Positions 1 through 12,916 of a stretch of DNA of 64,000 bases are shown here, piece by piece. The stretch comes from Phoronis australis (taxonomy: Eukaryota > Animalia > Phoronida), in assembly GCA_002633005.1 (NCBI GenBank), contig NMRA01000290.1, forward strand, positions 1 through 64,000, in the 5' to 3' direction. Positions within the stretch are counted from its first letter, which is position 1; each line of letters opens with the position of its first letter. The notes beneath the pieces were generated by a model that saw only the letters and a list, made by a program, of their open reading frames with translations, searched no databases and was not told where the DNA came from. A program made the translations under genes and the position numbers.

Positions 1-1914
1 TCTATCCAATACGTAGGACAAACTCAACATAATCTACAAACTCGGTTTCGTAATCATAGATTTAACATAATACATAGAAACATTTCTGATACTATAGGTA
101 ATCATTTCAATTCCAAAAACCATAATATTGAAGATCTTTCTGTACAAATAATAGAAAAACTCCAACACCCCAGTACCCCTCACAAACTTAAAAGAGAACA
201 ATATTGGATAGACAAACTTAATACAATAGAACCTCATGGATTGAACATAAAAACTTCTAAAAATATGTCATTGAATTTTTTACGCAAAAATGTATCATTT
301 TCATTACACCATATCTTATAAATTATGTCAATTGTCATTTTGTGTTTGATTTTACTTTATTTCTGTTTTTGTTGATAAAGGAAGTTATTACATCCGAAAA
401 TTTCAAATTTCAGTTGATCCATTCTTGTTGTTTTATTTACCGATTTATATTAACAAAGAAAAGTATGTCGTCGTTTTGAAAACCGTAAGCTCGTGACTCG
501 CGCACGCACCATTTCCTAAAATTTTGCGACATCTCTCGGGAGATGATGACAGCTTTCCACCAACAAAATTTGATCTGAAATTCAGTTTGTTGGTAATAAG
601 ATACTAAAAATTAAAATGATAATCAAGTGATACCAACTGCGATAATTTGTTGTGACATGTACGCAACCTCATGAATGGACAACAGTTGATCGAAGAATCG
701 GCGAAAAAATAAACTAGCCAATAGATGGCCAATGGCGCCGAAAGCCGAGGTAAAAGATCGTACCACAATTTTTGTAGCAGAATAACGGTAGAACGCCAAT
801 TTTTCCGACACCTATAAATAATTTAGTTTACTTAATGAAGAGTGTAATTTTTAATAACACTAATTTTGTGTCAGTTTTTATCTGGTCACTTTTTTACCCT
901 AATCGGCGAAAAGCTGAATATTTACTATACAGCTTTGCACCAAAGCTAATCACGATGGATTTCACAAGAGTAAAGGGGCTAATTCAGATTTCCTTTATAG
1001 CCAGCTAAACAGGGCGAAATGCTTTAATTAAGCCTTCGAATCGTATAAACGGGATACTAATTATGTTTTTTTGTATTAGTTACTTCACGCTCATTGTCAA
1101 TTCGGTGACACCAGCATCACTCATCCTCAGAGTATTCTTGAAACGTTCGTTATAGGTTATTCATTTCAGATTCTAACATATTCTGTGTGCAGATATTTAG
1201 TTTGAGGATAGATCAAGTCCAGCTCTATCTGTGTTAATGTCGTGTGACTGTGCTTTAAATGTTTTAGCGTTGAACATTTGTTGGTCTATATTTCGGAACT
1301 TTGGTAACTCGATGTTTCTCGTCCATTGACTTGCTGACAATTCTGACATCTCTTGATACAGTGTAATATTGGCCGCCTTAGTACATGTGTGGAACTGTCT
1401 TTTTCATTCGTGTCGCCCGCATGTCAGATGTCGTTATTGGCGACCTGACAAATCAGATGCTGTAGAAACTATAAACCCTGATCACGAATCGCGTATACCA
1501 TGGCAGTACATCAAAGCAGCCAAGTACAAGCTAATTTAACAATTGGAAGAAAGAAGCATCAATGGTCGTGCCATAAAACAAGTGTAAGCGATATTTGGGG
1601 CGTGTCAGTTCATAGTTCATATGGACATCGGGAGAGCAACATTGCCCTCCGCGGTCCATATTTCCTGATATCACCTGGCCCTCGCAATCGGTCAAAATTT
1701 GTATAATAACTTGCGATATGCAGCATTTCACTATATTAAGTTGTGGGTTTGATTTGCTAAATAAAAAACTAATTTTGGCTCACCTAGTCTGGGTGCAATC
1801 CGGAGTCTCATCTGCATTGGTCATCTTTTCTTTTCCAGCGACTAGGACTACTAAGAGTAGGAGAAATGCCGAAGAAGTGAGAAATTTGTCCGATATCATG
1901 ACAGCAGAATAATG

Positions 1915-2100
1915 CGTGTTAAGTAAAACACAATTGTATTGCCAAACGGCAAGTGGTAGTGAGCTTAGTTCCAATACCTATATATATTTGTTCTGCCCTC
2001 GTATCAAATAGTGGATAGTTCCGGCATGTCAATCAAGCTATTAATTCTAGCCAGTCAGGGCGAGGGGAATGTAAAGACTACGATCTTCCCTCATCGTGTT
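1915..2100 (+). repeat. Dispersed repeat, also at 13885-14074
   Basis: Shared taaaacacaattgtattgccaaacggcaagtggta...ctacgatc.tccctcatcgtgtt. Confidence 0.7.
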
Positions 2101-2295
2101 CCACCAGTCCTCGGTGCCAAATCAAGCATCAAAACGGTTTTTTGATGAGTTTGTCACAGTGACAGTGCAGATAAAAATGTCACAAAGTTTTCCATTTGCG
2201 GTCAATAGGCCTAGGTAGGTTAAAATCTGAGACCGACCGTAAAATATGCACGCGACTCAAAGCATTGTATTTGAAATGACAAAAGATATTTTTAA

Positions 2296-3188
2296 AGGCG
2301 AAGACAACCTTTTTCCACGTCATTTTGAGCTAAAATAAGGTTGGTTGGTTATCCTAGACATATTTCCCACTTAATTACAGCTTTCCGTAATTTTATTAAT
2401 TACTCGTCCGCTACTGCGGAAGTGACGTTTTAGGAGGCAAGCATTTCGCGCCAATTTCTTTTCATATAGTCTGACTGTGAGAGCTGCCGAGTCAGTCATT
2501 GTTCTACCTCGGTTATGTTAAGTTCCGTCGTCGTTTGCTTTCATTTACTAGTCAGTCAACATGCCACACTGTTGCTGCGTACCGGAATGTACTAATTATC
2601 GGCTCACGCGCGCTTTGGGAGTGCCTTTGCATCGCTTTCCGNNNNNNNNNNNNNNNNNNNNNNNNNNNNNNNNNNNNNNNNNNNNNNNNNNNNNNNNNNN
2701 NNNNNNNNNNNNNNNNNNNNNNNNNNNNNNNNNNNNNNNNNNNNNNNNNNNNNNNNNNNNNNNNNNNNNNNNNNNNNNNNNNNNNNNNNNNNNNNNNNNN
2801 NNNNNNNNNNNNNACACTACTGTCACTGTGATACGGGTCACCGACTCCAGCCATTTTCAGCTTACAACACACTAAACAATCCCTAAATCCAACGTAGTTG
2901 AGTTCTCTACTAACCTATCTTGCCGCAGAATACTCGCCGATAGAAAGTGGTGGCGACAATTGTTGAAAAACAGCACAAAACAAAAGTAGAATAGAACAGA
3001 TTCGCACGGTAAAGTCAACGCAAAACCAAGTGGCGGGAAACGCTTGCCTCCTAAAACGTCACTTCCGGAGTAGCGGACGAGTATTTAATAAAATTACGAA
3101 AAGCTGTAATTAAATGGAAAATATGTCTAGGATAACCAACCAGCCTTATTTTAGCTCAAAATGACATGGAAAAAGGTTGCCTTCGCCT
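2296..3188 (+). mobile_element. Kolobok-like DNA transposon (non-autonomous or gap-collapsed) with THAP domain start
   Basis: ~155-bp TIRs (aggcgaag...cttcgcct), TTAA at 2292-2295 and 3189-3192, AG/CT termini. ATG 2561 gives MPHCCCVPECTNY...LHRFP (THAP N-terminus) running into the N gap. Confidence 0.82.
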
Positions 3189-3416
3189 TTAACTAAAAAA
3201 GCAAAGCAGTATTTTTGTCTCACCAATAAAAAGTAGAACTATTTTACCGATCAACCTACCCATCCCAGAAGTGAGGTAGAGCGTAAGAAAACGAACAGTA
3301 TGGCCTGGGTATTTTGGCATTTCTCAGAATGCTTCACCGTCATCGTACATGTACATTCTTACAAGCATCACAGCTATGCGCTAGCACACCAGCTCGCATA
3401 GCGATGAGCCAAACCT

Positions 3417-5896
3417 GGGCCCGGTCTCCAATCTCCGTACTCAGATTCATACTCATACTCTAGATTTCATACTCAAAATCGTGCTCACTGGATTCGTACT
3501 CAAAAACATGTTCAATGTCACATTTCGAGTAGACTTCAAACGTACTCAAATCTTAGAATCATACTCGAGTTGCTATGTGGAACTCTTTGTGACGTGAAAT
3601 GCAAAACCACGCACAGTTGCAAGTTACCCCAGCAAATACATTTATTTTTATCGTCTGCTGTGGCTACAATAGTATAACGTGGAAAGATGAGTGTTTTATA
3701 ACTATTCATTTTTTCAGTTACAATATAAAATTCTCATACCAAAAATATAGAATTCTTGACACATTTACCAATTATTAAGCTTTACTTTTGCGTTCCTTGT
3801 CTCCCGAAAATGTCTTAAGAAATTTGTAACAGCTCATCACATGAAAGTCACGGCAACGGAGCAGCTACAATCTCAGTGTCTGATTTAGACAGGAGGCAAA
3901 AAGGTTAATGATCGCCTGAACTTGACATGTTTACTCTTAAAATGGCATTGTCACACCAAGTATTGACGGCACTACAATGCAATTTTCTTTCTCAGTGACG
4001 GAGTGGTGGGACGCTGGCCCCGGCCTCGGGAGTCAGGCATCATATCACAGGCGCACAACCAACATTTTTAAGGGAGAGTTCGAACTGCACATTTTCTTTT
4101 AGGGGAGGTCGAATTTCAAAGGTTGAGACCTTTAACTGCCAGCGGCGGCGTTCTTCCCTAATTAGCCAGTTGCCCACATCAGCCAATACGCCAGTCAACA
4201 TTTTTGAGCCCCACTTGTTTGGTTTCTGATCAACCCCTGTACTTACTCTTGCGCTTGCTCTATCGCAAGCTCCACCCCTTGCGAAAAATCACGTGACAAC
4301 TGACAAACAACTAAACCAATGAGCTATATACACTAGTTGTATTTATCTCATTGAACTAAACAACATGTCAGAGGCAAATACAATGTGGCTAAACGATGAT
4401 CCTGGTGTAACCGATGAGTGTTTTTTGCACTATAACAAAACGAAACGCTTCGACAAAGAAAACAGGCGATGCTTTTCGCCAGAGAATCAAATGTTCATGA
4501 TGTAGGAATTTGTAAAGGTGACGATGAAAAAATAAGTGTTTGAGGAAAAATATTTCGGAGCCAGCGAAGAACCCTACACGGGGTTCACATTCACCAGACA
4601 AATGACTAGGCCACTGATGTGATATGTTCATGTAGAGCTGGGCATGTACCTTAAGGTCGAATTATATGTACGATGCCATAGTTTGCAGTATCTTTCGAAC
4701 AAAATCGGTGAAGTTTCACCGATATTTTTATTCTGTCGTCTGCTAAAATCCGCCAAATGAAAAGTAGGTCACAACTGCTCGTGGGACTCCCCGAGTAAAG
4801 TAGGTCGAGTCGATAGCACTGTTTATGCTTCTCTAATCTTTGTACGAAATATTTCGATTAAAAAAACTCAGGTTTATAGCTCAAGTACACACTCATCTTG
4901 TCCAAGGCAAGCAGTTAGCTCCAGTAGGTCTAGGGCTGGGTCCAAGTCAAATTAATGCACGTAATTGCACCATTAAGACATTTAAGTTACGCTTACATTC
5001 TGATGAACTTCGCATTTTTTTGTAGTTTCACTGCATAAAGGTAGTTTGCACTTTTAAACGTAGTACGGTCATTAAACTTTGGTATTGTTACAAAAAATGA
5101 CAAGTCTGATGTAGTGGCAAAAATGGCTGTTTTCAAAAATAAATCAAATACCTATTTTAAAGCTTCATAAATCTAAATATCATGTTTTAACAACTTCGAA
5201 ATGAGCTCTCTGTAACTCTAGAAGCGAAGTGTATACTAGAGGTTCTCATCAAAAAGTAATTCAACAGTTTTATTTTTTTCGTGACAACAGCTCGAACAAG
5301 GCTTTGAGTTCAGTAATCCAGTGCCCCTCCCTGCACCGATCGAATCTCAATTTTGGAAGAAAGTTCAATTGAACGCTAGCTTACGGGTATATGAATAACA
5401 AAAAATGTACCTCTGCTACGAAACAAAACGATGTCCATAGGTCGAAATAACTGAAAAATAGTTAAAATATAAAAACAATTTCCAGGGACTATCGCTAGGC
5501 TATAGTGCTGAGATCCAGCAGGTGCCGAGACAAAGGCGACCAGACGAGTGAAACTTCGAGCCAAAATCAGATAAGCCTACACTATAGCCACCAAACTGAA
5601 CTAGTGTGTATTGGAACAAATGTATTTGTGTTTAACCTTCGAGTAATCAAGCAACATTGCCAACTTCAACTGCTCGTGTACGTGGCCGTTGGCACAGTTT
5701 AATACATAGTAGAAACCTTTGGAGATCACTTTTCGGCTTAGGTGAAGCCCAAAAAATGATGGGATATTCTTTTGGAGCTGCATGACGGCTGCCAAAATCA
5801 CACACGCCATACCAACACCGTATCACCAAAGATGAGACTGTACTCGAGTTAAGTATGAAGTCTGAGTCGAGTCTGAGTACGAAGATTGTTGCCCGG
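3417..5896. mobile_element. Putative DNA element with GGGCCCGG termini and tactcga-rich subterminal repeats
   Basis: gggcccggtctccaatctccgtactcaga at 3417 and a diverged reverse complement at ~5830-5896. The same terminus recurs at 45926. Confidence 0.45.
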
Positions 5897-6218
5897 GGGG
5901 GGGGGGGGGGGNCAGAAAAATCAGGAACCCCAACTGGAAATCTAACCACAGGTCTCTATATTGCCGGTCTAGTGCTCTCATCACTGTGCTACTGACGACC
6001 CGCCGATATCTGTGCAATTACTGTTCTGTGTTTATTTGATATATTTCATTACTGGCCAACCTCAGCGTCTATATATTTACTATATCTAATTAACACATAC
6101 TGGTAAATTGCAGATTGTATATATAATTGTCTAATTCCCGTGTGAAAAAGGCGAAACGCCGCTCATGGGATAGATGACTTAACAGGTGGCTGTAAACAGT
6201 AATTACACAGATATTGGG

Positions 6219-6291
6219 TCTTCAGTAGCTCAGTGGTGAGAGTACTAGACTGGCAATCTAGAGACCTGTGGTTCGATTCCCAGTTGGGGTT
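6219..6291 (+). pseudogene. tRNA-derived sequence (SINE head or tRNA pseudogene), GGC in the anticodon loop
   Basis: A box TAGCTCAGTGG, B box GGTTCGATTCC, anticodon stem CTAGA/TCTAG. Acceptor stem is weak (G-U rich) and the T stem is bulged. An inverted copy lies at 5913-6025. Confidence 0.6.
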
Positions 6292-6368
6292 CCTGATTTT
6301 TCTGTGTTTATTTGATATATTTCATTACTGGCCAACCTCAGCGTCTATATACTTACTATGTCTATTTC

Positions 6369-7977
6369 CACATCGCCTATTATAGGGTCGACCTCACCTT
6401 GCCGAGAGGTGTCGCGTAACTAGTGAGGAAGGTGAGAAACGACGCAGGGACGTCAGTGGTTCGTCTGCAGAGTGAATGCTCTTACATTGAGGTGCATCGT
6501 TCCCGCTTGTCCAAGCTGTGAAGAAACCGGGTATATCGTTTTTTCGACTTCATCGAGAGTACGAAATGCTTAGGAAGTGGCTCGCGGTAGTGAAAAATGA
6601 AAGGTACGCTGTTAATAGCAAGTATGAGGCCTTGAAACACTCTCCGCGTCTGTGGCCGGCATTTCGTCGACAGTGATTTCTCTGACGAATTTCGGCTTAC
6701 CAAAGAACTATACATACGTTCCGTTGCCTGTGCATGTTCACGGCGCCTCTCTAGTATTGCTTGGTCAGTGTATTCCGGTTCGAACTGATAGCCTGTGAAA
6801 CCTAACGATCCGACCCGTGAAGTCTTCGTCGGATGAGCTCTTGACTAAGTCGGGATTGGCGACGCCGGGGCGAGTTGCCATGTACACGTTTATTACCCTG
6901 CGTTCTGTTTCAAGATGACTTATTCTCATCCTAACCAATGCTTATATGAAAGTGAAACAAAGTCTGTCTCATTAGATACAATTTGTAATGCCTTCGAGTG
7001 CTTGTGAGTGCAAATGTTTTGAGAAGCCAGCAATGAATAAACCACTGCGTTATCGGCTTTTGATGCCGGCAACAAAGGTACAATGTAATTGACCGCTCAC
7101 CGAGGCCATGTGAGCGCATGCTAATTCAGCGTTTGCTGACAGAAAGCTGTTGTGAAACAATTACTCGATTTTATAAACTATGGTCACATGTTAGGGGAAT
7201 CTTTATTTAGAAATACAAATACATTATTCAAATCGTTGTTACTGTACAACCTTTGCCCTGACGGCCTGTGGACGGGCAACCCGACTTCGCGGTCCCTGAC
7301 TTCGTGGCTAATTCACATAAATAATTACGTGCACATTATTCTTTGGCTCACTATTATAGTCTTTTCGTGACTGGAGGTTTAGTTTCCAAGACAAGCTGGT
7401 TTATGTTCGTGCCAGTCCCGGCAGCCGCGACGGGCCTGATTGGGTTCCGAGCCACTGGCCGGGATAACGAGTCAGTCCGGCCGCGACGGGCCTGATCGGG
7501 TTCCGAACTCAAAAAATCACTAGGATAAACAACACAGATCTAGGTTCTCATGTCTGTATTTCACGGAAGAATACTTCGAATTTATGTCCGAAAGGACCCC
7601 AAACTCCTGCTACGGACCTTGGTAAATTGGCCTGCCGAACTTTGTAGGCTGCGCTGTGTCCAAATACCAGTAAATCCGTAACAGTGAAATAAAACAACAC
7701 GTTTTTATAAGAACTCGGTGTATTTTTAAGGGTTTACATCGATGTTTGATGATTTATTGGTGTTAAACGATCAATTCAAGCGATAAGCTGACACCACTAA
7801 CCTCGTGTTTTAAACTGCTGAAGAGACTGCGTGTGAAACCAATTACGTCATTGGGTAATTTCAACACCTCCGTCTGCCGTCAGGTGTCAGGTAACGTAAC
7901 CGAACGTGCCCTTATCGAGTAGAACTACTCGATCTAAATTTATACAAAATAGGTTGTTTTTTGGGTGGAATTCTCCT
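6369..7977 (+). mobile_element. Kolobok-like element family B, copy 1 (left end truncated)
   Basis: Colinear with 18573-20473. Ends gggtggaattctcct+TTAA. Frameshifted THAP remnant (CIVPAC, RKW, VCGRHF). Confidence 0.8.
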
Positions 7978-9895
7978 TTAAGTAACACGCAAAATACAAC
8001 CAGATCAAAATATTCAAGTCGATCATTCTCCTATTAAAAATTTCTGTACGATTATGTAATGAGGTGTAATCACTCATTTAAGCACCCCCGGTTTCAAAGT
8101 TTGCCAGGGTTTAATGCGGGAACGTTCTTTTTCTGGACCACATTACATCCGAATTTGGGTCCCGTTCTTTGTGAGCAACCGTCAGGGCATCTGATCTTGT
8201 GAACATAGAGCTGAGAGTCGGTGTTGTGTACATAGATTTCCCTCCCCCCTAGTTAAGCTGCATCAAGGGCCTTACCGAAAACTCCACAATGTCGATGTTT
8301 GCAAAATATCAAGGGTCCACCGTGCTAGAAATTCGACCCCCCCCTCGCGCAATGCTGGCTACGGGCCTGAAACATTCCACAGCCCAATCGGGTACTAGAG
8401 TCTTAGTTACTCTGAGATATGTTTGTTAGGGAAAATACTATGGTACCGCAACCCTGACATTTAGGTGAATCGACCTGCAACGTATTTACCTCATCTGTCC
8501 CGCCGCGTCATGCTATTACACTGGCCACACGTTTGGCACTTGGATTTGGCTGGTGTATAATAAAGTTGTGTTTCGCAATAAACTTGCAGTGTACATGTAA
8601 TATGTTTATTTTAAGAAACCATCAACTCGTTTTACGAAGAATTGTTTGGTCCTTGTAAGGGCCATGGTAGCGGGTTTGGATTAGGGTTCGTTTCATGATG
8701 AAGCCTAGCAAGCTAGGTCTATACCACTAATGAAGGGGGGCACCCACATTTATAAGGTGACCGTATTCGCGAACAGTGTACTGTACCAGAAATTGTGGGT
8801 AGGCTGCAGTTTCTCAGAAAGTCTTGCTGGACTCGCGCGTTGTTCAATAAGCCTCCTAAACGTCCGTTTCAGGCCGGCAAAAGGAACCCTGGTTCCGACC
8901 TCAGCTCTGACCGCAATAAGCATCACTGCCGTCTTCTATGTCGAGAATTTCCGAGAAAAGCCCCCTTCCCCTGATCAATCGTTTAATTGTTGTTACAGCA
9001 TCGGGTTTCAAGTGTTCAGACATTGGAACGTTTATTCGGAAAAATATATCCATTCAATGTCACCCTGTTGTCACAAATTCAGTTTTGCGGAGCATATATC
9101 ATTTGTTAACAAAGAATAGTCTTGGTTAACTTGTTTTTATAGTCCGAAAACAAAAAAGTTTTATGCAAAAAAACGCTGATATTTTAATATCAGCTCTCCT
9201 TTCTGAATAAATGCCCAGGGGTTTATTTGGAGTTACTTACTGAAACGCCTGAAAGTATAACTTTCCGAATAAACGCCCATGGGCTTGTCTGCGGAAATCC
9301 TCGGTAGCCTGTATATGCGCCGGCCAAGTTTTGTCAATGAGTAACGGCAACATGCATAAAATACATACATGAGCAACCACTGGGGATCAACAAGTGTATG
9401 GGGAGCAGTTTGTATTGTAGTGCCTATAGGAACTGCTCATTATCATAGGTATTGCCAAAGTGTTTGGCGTGGTCACTGGAGTCGTGTGGACGGGTGGTCA
9501 CTTGAGTCCTGTGGACGGGTGTTGTGCGTTCTGAAAAGTTCTCTCAGCCTATTTTTATATTGTTGTCCCACGACGGATTACTATTTTGCAGAGCTATATA
9601 GCATACTTTATAGATAGGTTTACCACAGTGTGCTTTGTAAAATTATTTTCCTCAGTCAGTACTTTTGGTCCCGCGACAAATCGACTATTTTTGTCGAGAT
9701 ATTTAGTAGAGTGTACTTTTGCCTTGCGACGGACCAGGCCAGCTTATTTGTGTAGATATTGACTCTCATTATACATCTGGTCCCTTGGCGAACTGGTCTT
9801 GTATATTTTTTCACCACGGTGTACAGTATGTTTTGGTTCCGTGAAAGTGTTTTCAGGTGATTTGCTTCCGGAAATATTGAGGTTGAAACATACGG

Positions 9896-12000
9896 TAGCC
9901 CAACTAGGCGGTGGGCAAAATTTTGTAGGGCTTCTAGAAAATGTTTTTTTGTGAGTACTTTAAGGGGGCAATTTTATTTTGGTGTTTTTAATTCATTTAC
10001 TAGAGTGTTTTCAAAATCTAAAAAGTTCCCACATATAAAGTTGCACATTTTTGAAAAATTCGAGTTTGAAGTTGCATAATAAGAACTTATATTTGCAAAA
10101 ACAACAGTTTTTGCTATCTTTTTTGTAAAACAAGCAATGTGGTCCCATCGATGTTATTGTATTGAACAATAACACACTCACATTACATGTTTTACTATTG
10201 TAGACTAATTGTAAACAGTGAAATTTAAAAAATGTAAAGTGATACCTAGTGGCAGAAATGCAAACTAGGTCTGAATGTTACTAGAAGGTTATTCTGGCAT
10301 TGTCTGGCAACAAAACTAACACAAAACACTTGAGACTGGGCAAAATTTGTGTCTCAATGACTGAACCATTAACAAATGGTGTAAAATATAGCTTGTTTGC
10401 ATAATACACCAGAAATACGTTATAGTTCAAAAACAATATAGTTGAATGATCTCTGTGAACTTCTTGTGCACACAGACTGTATGAAAATAATAGATTATTC
10501 TGACAGCGTTTAGCAAGCAGTACATGACAATAATCAAAGTATGTACTTTCTATGACTTAATCAACAAATAACGAAATAACGGGGTTGGAGGTCCATTTAG
10601 AGTTGACTTGTCAAAGAACTATACAATGTTGTGCAGTCAGTGTTGCTGAAGTTACTTCAGTTGTCAGAGCTGCACATTTCTGTACAGCTTGACCCAGCAT
10701 TGAAGCACAAACTCAGTTTCCCAGCACTTGCAGCGTTCATCATTTAGTACTGTCAATGGAGCTGCGGGCATTAAACACATTTCGACTGCAAAACTCCACC
10801 TCCATGGAGCCAACTATGGTCGATTAGAGAGGGTTTAGCACTGCACACTGACGGGATGGCCCACATGCAATGAAGGGTCAAACACTAAGTCCTTGTTTGG
10901 AGGCTGGCAGGATTTGAGAAATCGTTTGATTCAAAATATGTTGTAATGGGCTGCAGTGATTGAAATTCAGATGCTCATACCATAGTCAAGCGATTTACAC
11001 TTAAGGCAACGTTTGACAGTGGCTTCCACTGTCCTCAAATTACGGCGGGGAAGCTGGCCACTCAGGCAGTTTAACGCCATATGATTATCCCCTGGCGTAA
11101 GCAATGTTGATTTGGCAACTGAACGAGGGAGTGTTCGAAAAACAGTATTGCAGATGTATTTCTTCAAACTGGGAACAAATGAAAATCTTAACGGCCTCCT
11201 CACTGAGAGGCATCTCTCTACGCGGTACTTCTAAACTTATAGGAACCTAACTTATGGTTTAACCAGTGTGATGCATAATTTGCCGAAAAGCATCCGCATA
11301 TGGAGTACCTATGGTATGATCACCGTCTCTACTGGGTCAGCGGTATTGTCGACTAAGGCCTAGGCAGCCAAGGGTCTGAACAAGTTAAAAAACAACCGGT
11401 GATAATACTGAAACACACTTGGAAAACACCAAGATGTACCTTTCAAAAACATGTACCTGTTTTTCAAAGCTATAAAGTTGTTACTTATTTCTCGTTCTTG
11501 AAATGTGGTCCATGATGTACTTTTCCTGCTAACAAATGATGCACTCTTGTTTCATCAGAATGTTCATATTTTGTTCAGGTTAATTGGGTGTTTCAGATTT
11601 TGGAAGTCTAATTGATTTTCTTGGAAAATTTTGGGTAACATCTGTATCACTTTCAACAGCTTCAGCTTTACAACTACTGCTGGTGTCTTGAAACGTTGCT
11701 ATGCTTTTTTATGTCCTTTCAATTTTGGTCTGACACTTGGTCTTCTACAGCAGAATACTGCATAGGCTACGTGCTGGACATGCAGCTGTTTTCTGCACAA
11801 ACGTTTGTGACACCTCTTCTTCTTTTCGATCTACTGATCTACAGAGTTCCAAAGTCCTTCAGCTTTCGTCAGGATGCTTCTCTAAGCTTCTTCAGGTTCT
11901 GACATCACAATTTTGTGCTGTTTGATAAACATTGAATTATACAGGCATCACACTCTATGGGAGCTGCCATATTGAAGTAACTAAGCACAACAATACAATC
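9896..12000 (-). mobile_element. Degenerate Academ-like DNA transposon relic
   Basis: Minus-strand frameshifted peptides: MAAPIECDACIIQC (~11970), ECIIC*QEKYI..RTRNK (~11520), and the C-terminal QILPASKQGL / DHSW..LQSK / RCKC / LCFNAGSSCTEMCS cysteine cluster (~10650-10920). A TAG terminus is at 9896. Boundaries are approximate. Confidence 0.45.
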
Positions 12001-12469
12001 TGGCTCTAAGTGTTTATTGTCGCTTTTGATAATAGACCATGACCTGAGATCACCATCGTTGGTCATTTTTCTCGTAACGAGGCAGAATATCTGTTTATTA
12101 GTTTCCGCTCATAACAGTGCCAGTCTTCTTTCTAAACAACTAGTAACTGCTGTCACGCGATCATCTGATATTCAATTGTTGGTTTTTGCATGGCCGTCGG
12201 TGATCCTTATGCTCTTGAACATTTTCCGGGTGTCTAAACCTCTGTACACACACTACGCTTTTTCGTACACGACTTTTCGTCTGCTAATAATCGGTGTGTG
12301 TAAACAGATGTTCCACCTAAATTTTGCTGGTGGCGTGACTCATACCCAGATGTGCACAAATATGGTTTTAAGGAATTTATTAGCCGAGTTCATGAACAGA
12401 AATCGAGAAGGGTTTTAAATCTTATAAGACAAACTCCAGAGAAACGTTAACTGCCACAAACTCACTAGA

Positions 12470-12916
12470 ATGCATGGGAATCGCACTATTTGGCCACAAA
12501 AACAAAAAAGTATCTTACAGAGGAAGAGAGAAAGCCCCTCTCTCGACCTCCCCCGCTTGGCGCTGCGCGCGAAACCTGAACCCCTTATTGAAAACGTAGA
12601 TCCACCACTGGAAATCTCGATGAGAAAAATACGAAAAAGCATTTCTGGTTGGAAGGAATGTCTCCGTATAGTCATGGAAGAAGACGGAGGCCACATTCAG
12701 CATAGACTGCAATAAGCTAGCTTCCCTTAGATATTTGATTTTTGGATTGATTTTAATTTCAGGGTTCTCTCACATTGGACACGGGTCTCTTTGATATTTA
12801 GCACAGTTGTTGATGATATCCTAAGGTTCCTCTGCAAGAAATTTGAAAAAAAATTAGTTAAGCTGTTGCTGAGAAATTACTTGTCAAAAAGTGGCTCACT
12901 TTTTAGGGATACCTGA
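12470..12916 (+). mobile_element. Tc1/mariner transposase C-terminal remnant with right end
   Basis: IRKSISGWKECLRIVMEEDGGHIQH* resembles the W..RL..V...GGHIEH end of Tc1/mariner-family transposases. A terminus-like gggatacctg ends at 12915. Confidence 0.55.

Noticed and set aside
5895-5912. Poly-G run as a G-quadruplex element
   Set aside because: Directly abuts an n at a contig junction, so its length is unreliable.
6219-6291. Functional tRNA-Ala(GGC)
   Set aside because: Weak acceptor stem, bulged T stem, repeat context and an anticodon eukaryotes generally do not use.
7812-7845. CTGAAGA...GAAAC as a hammerhead ribozyme
   Set aside because: No stem II can form, and the core is not kept in the second copy (~20044).
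8730-9119. 129-aa ORF and other 60-130 aa ORFs in 1-20 kb
   Set aside because: No family motifs or splice-consistent partners; expected by chance in repeat-rich DNA.
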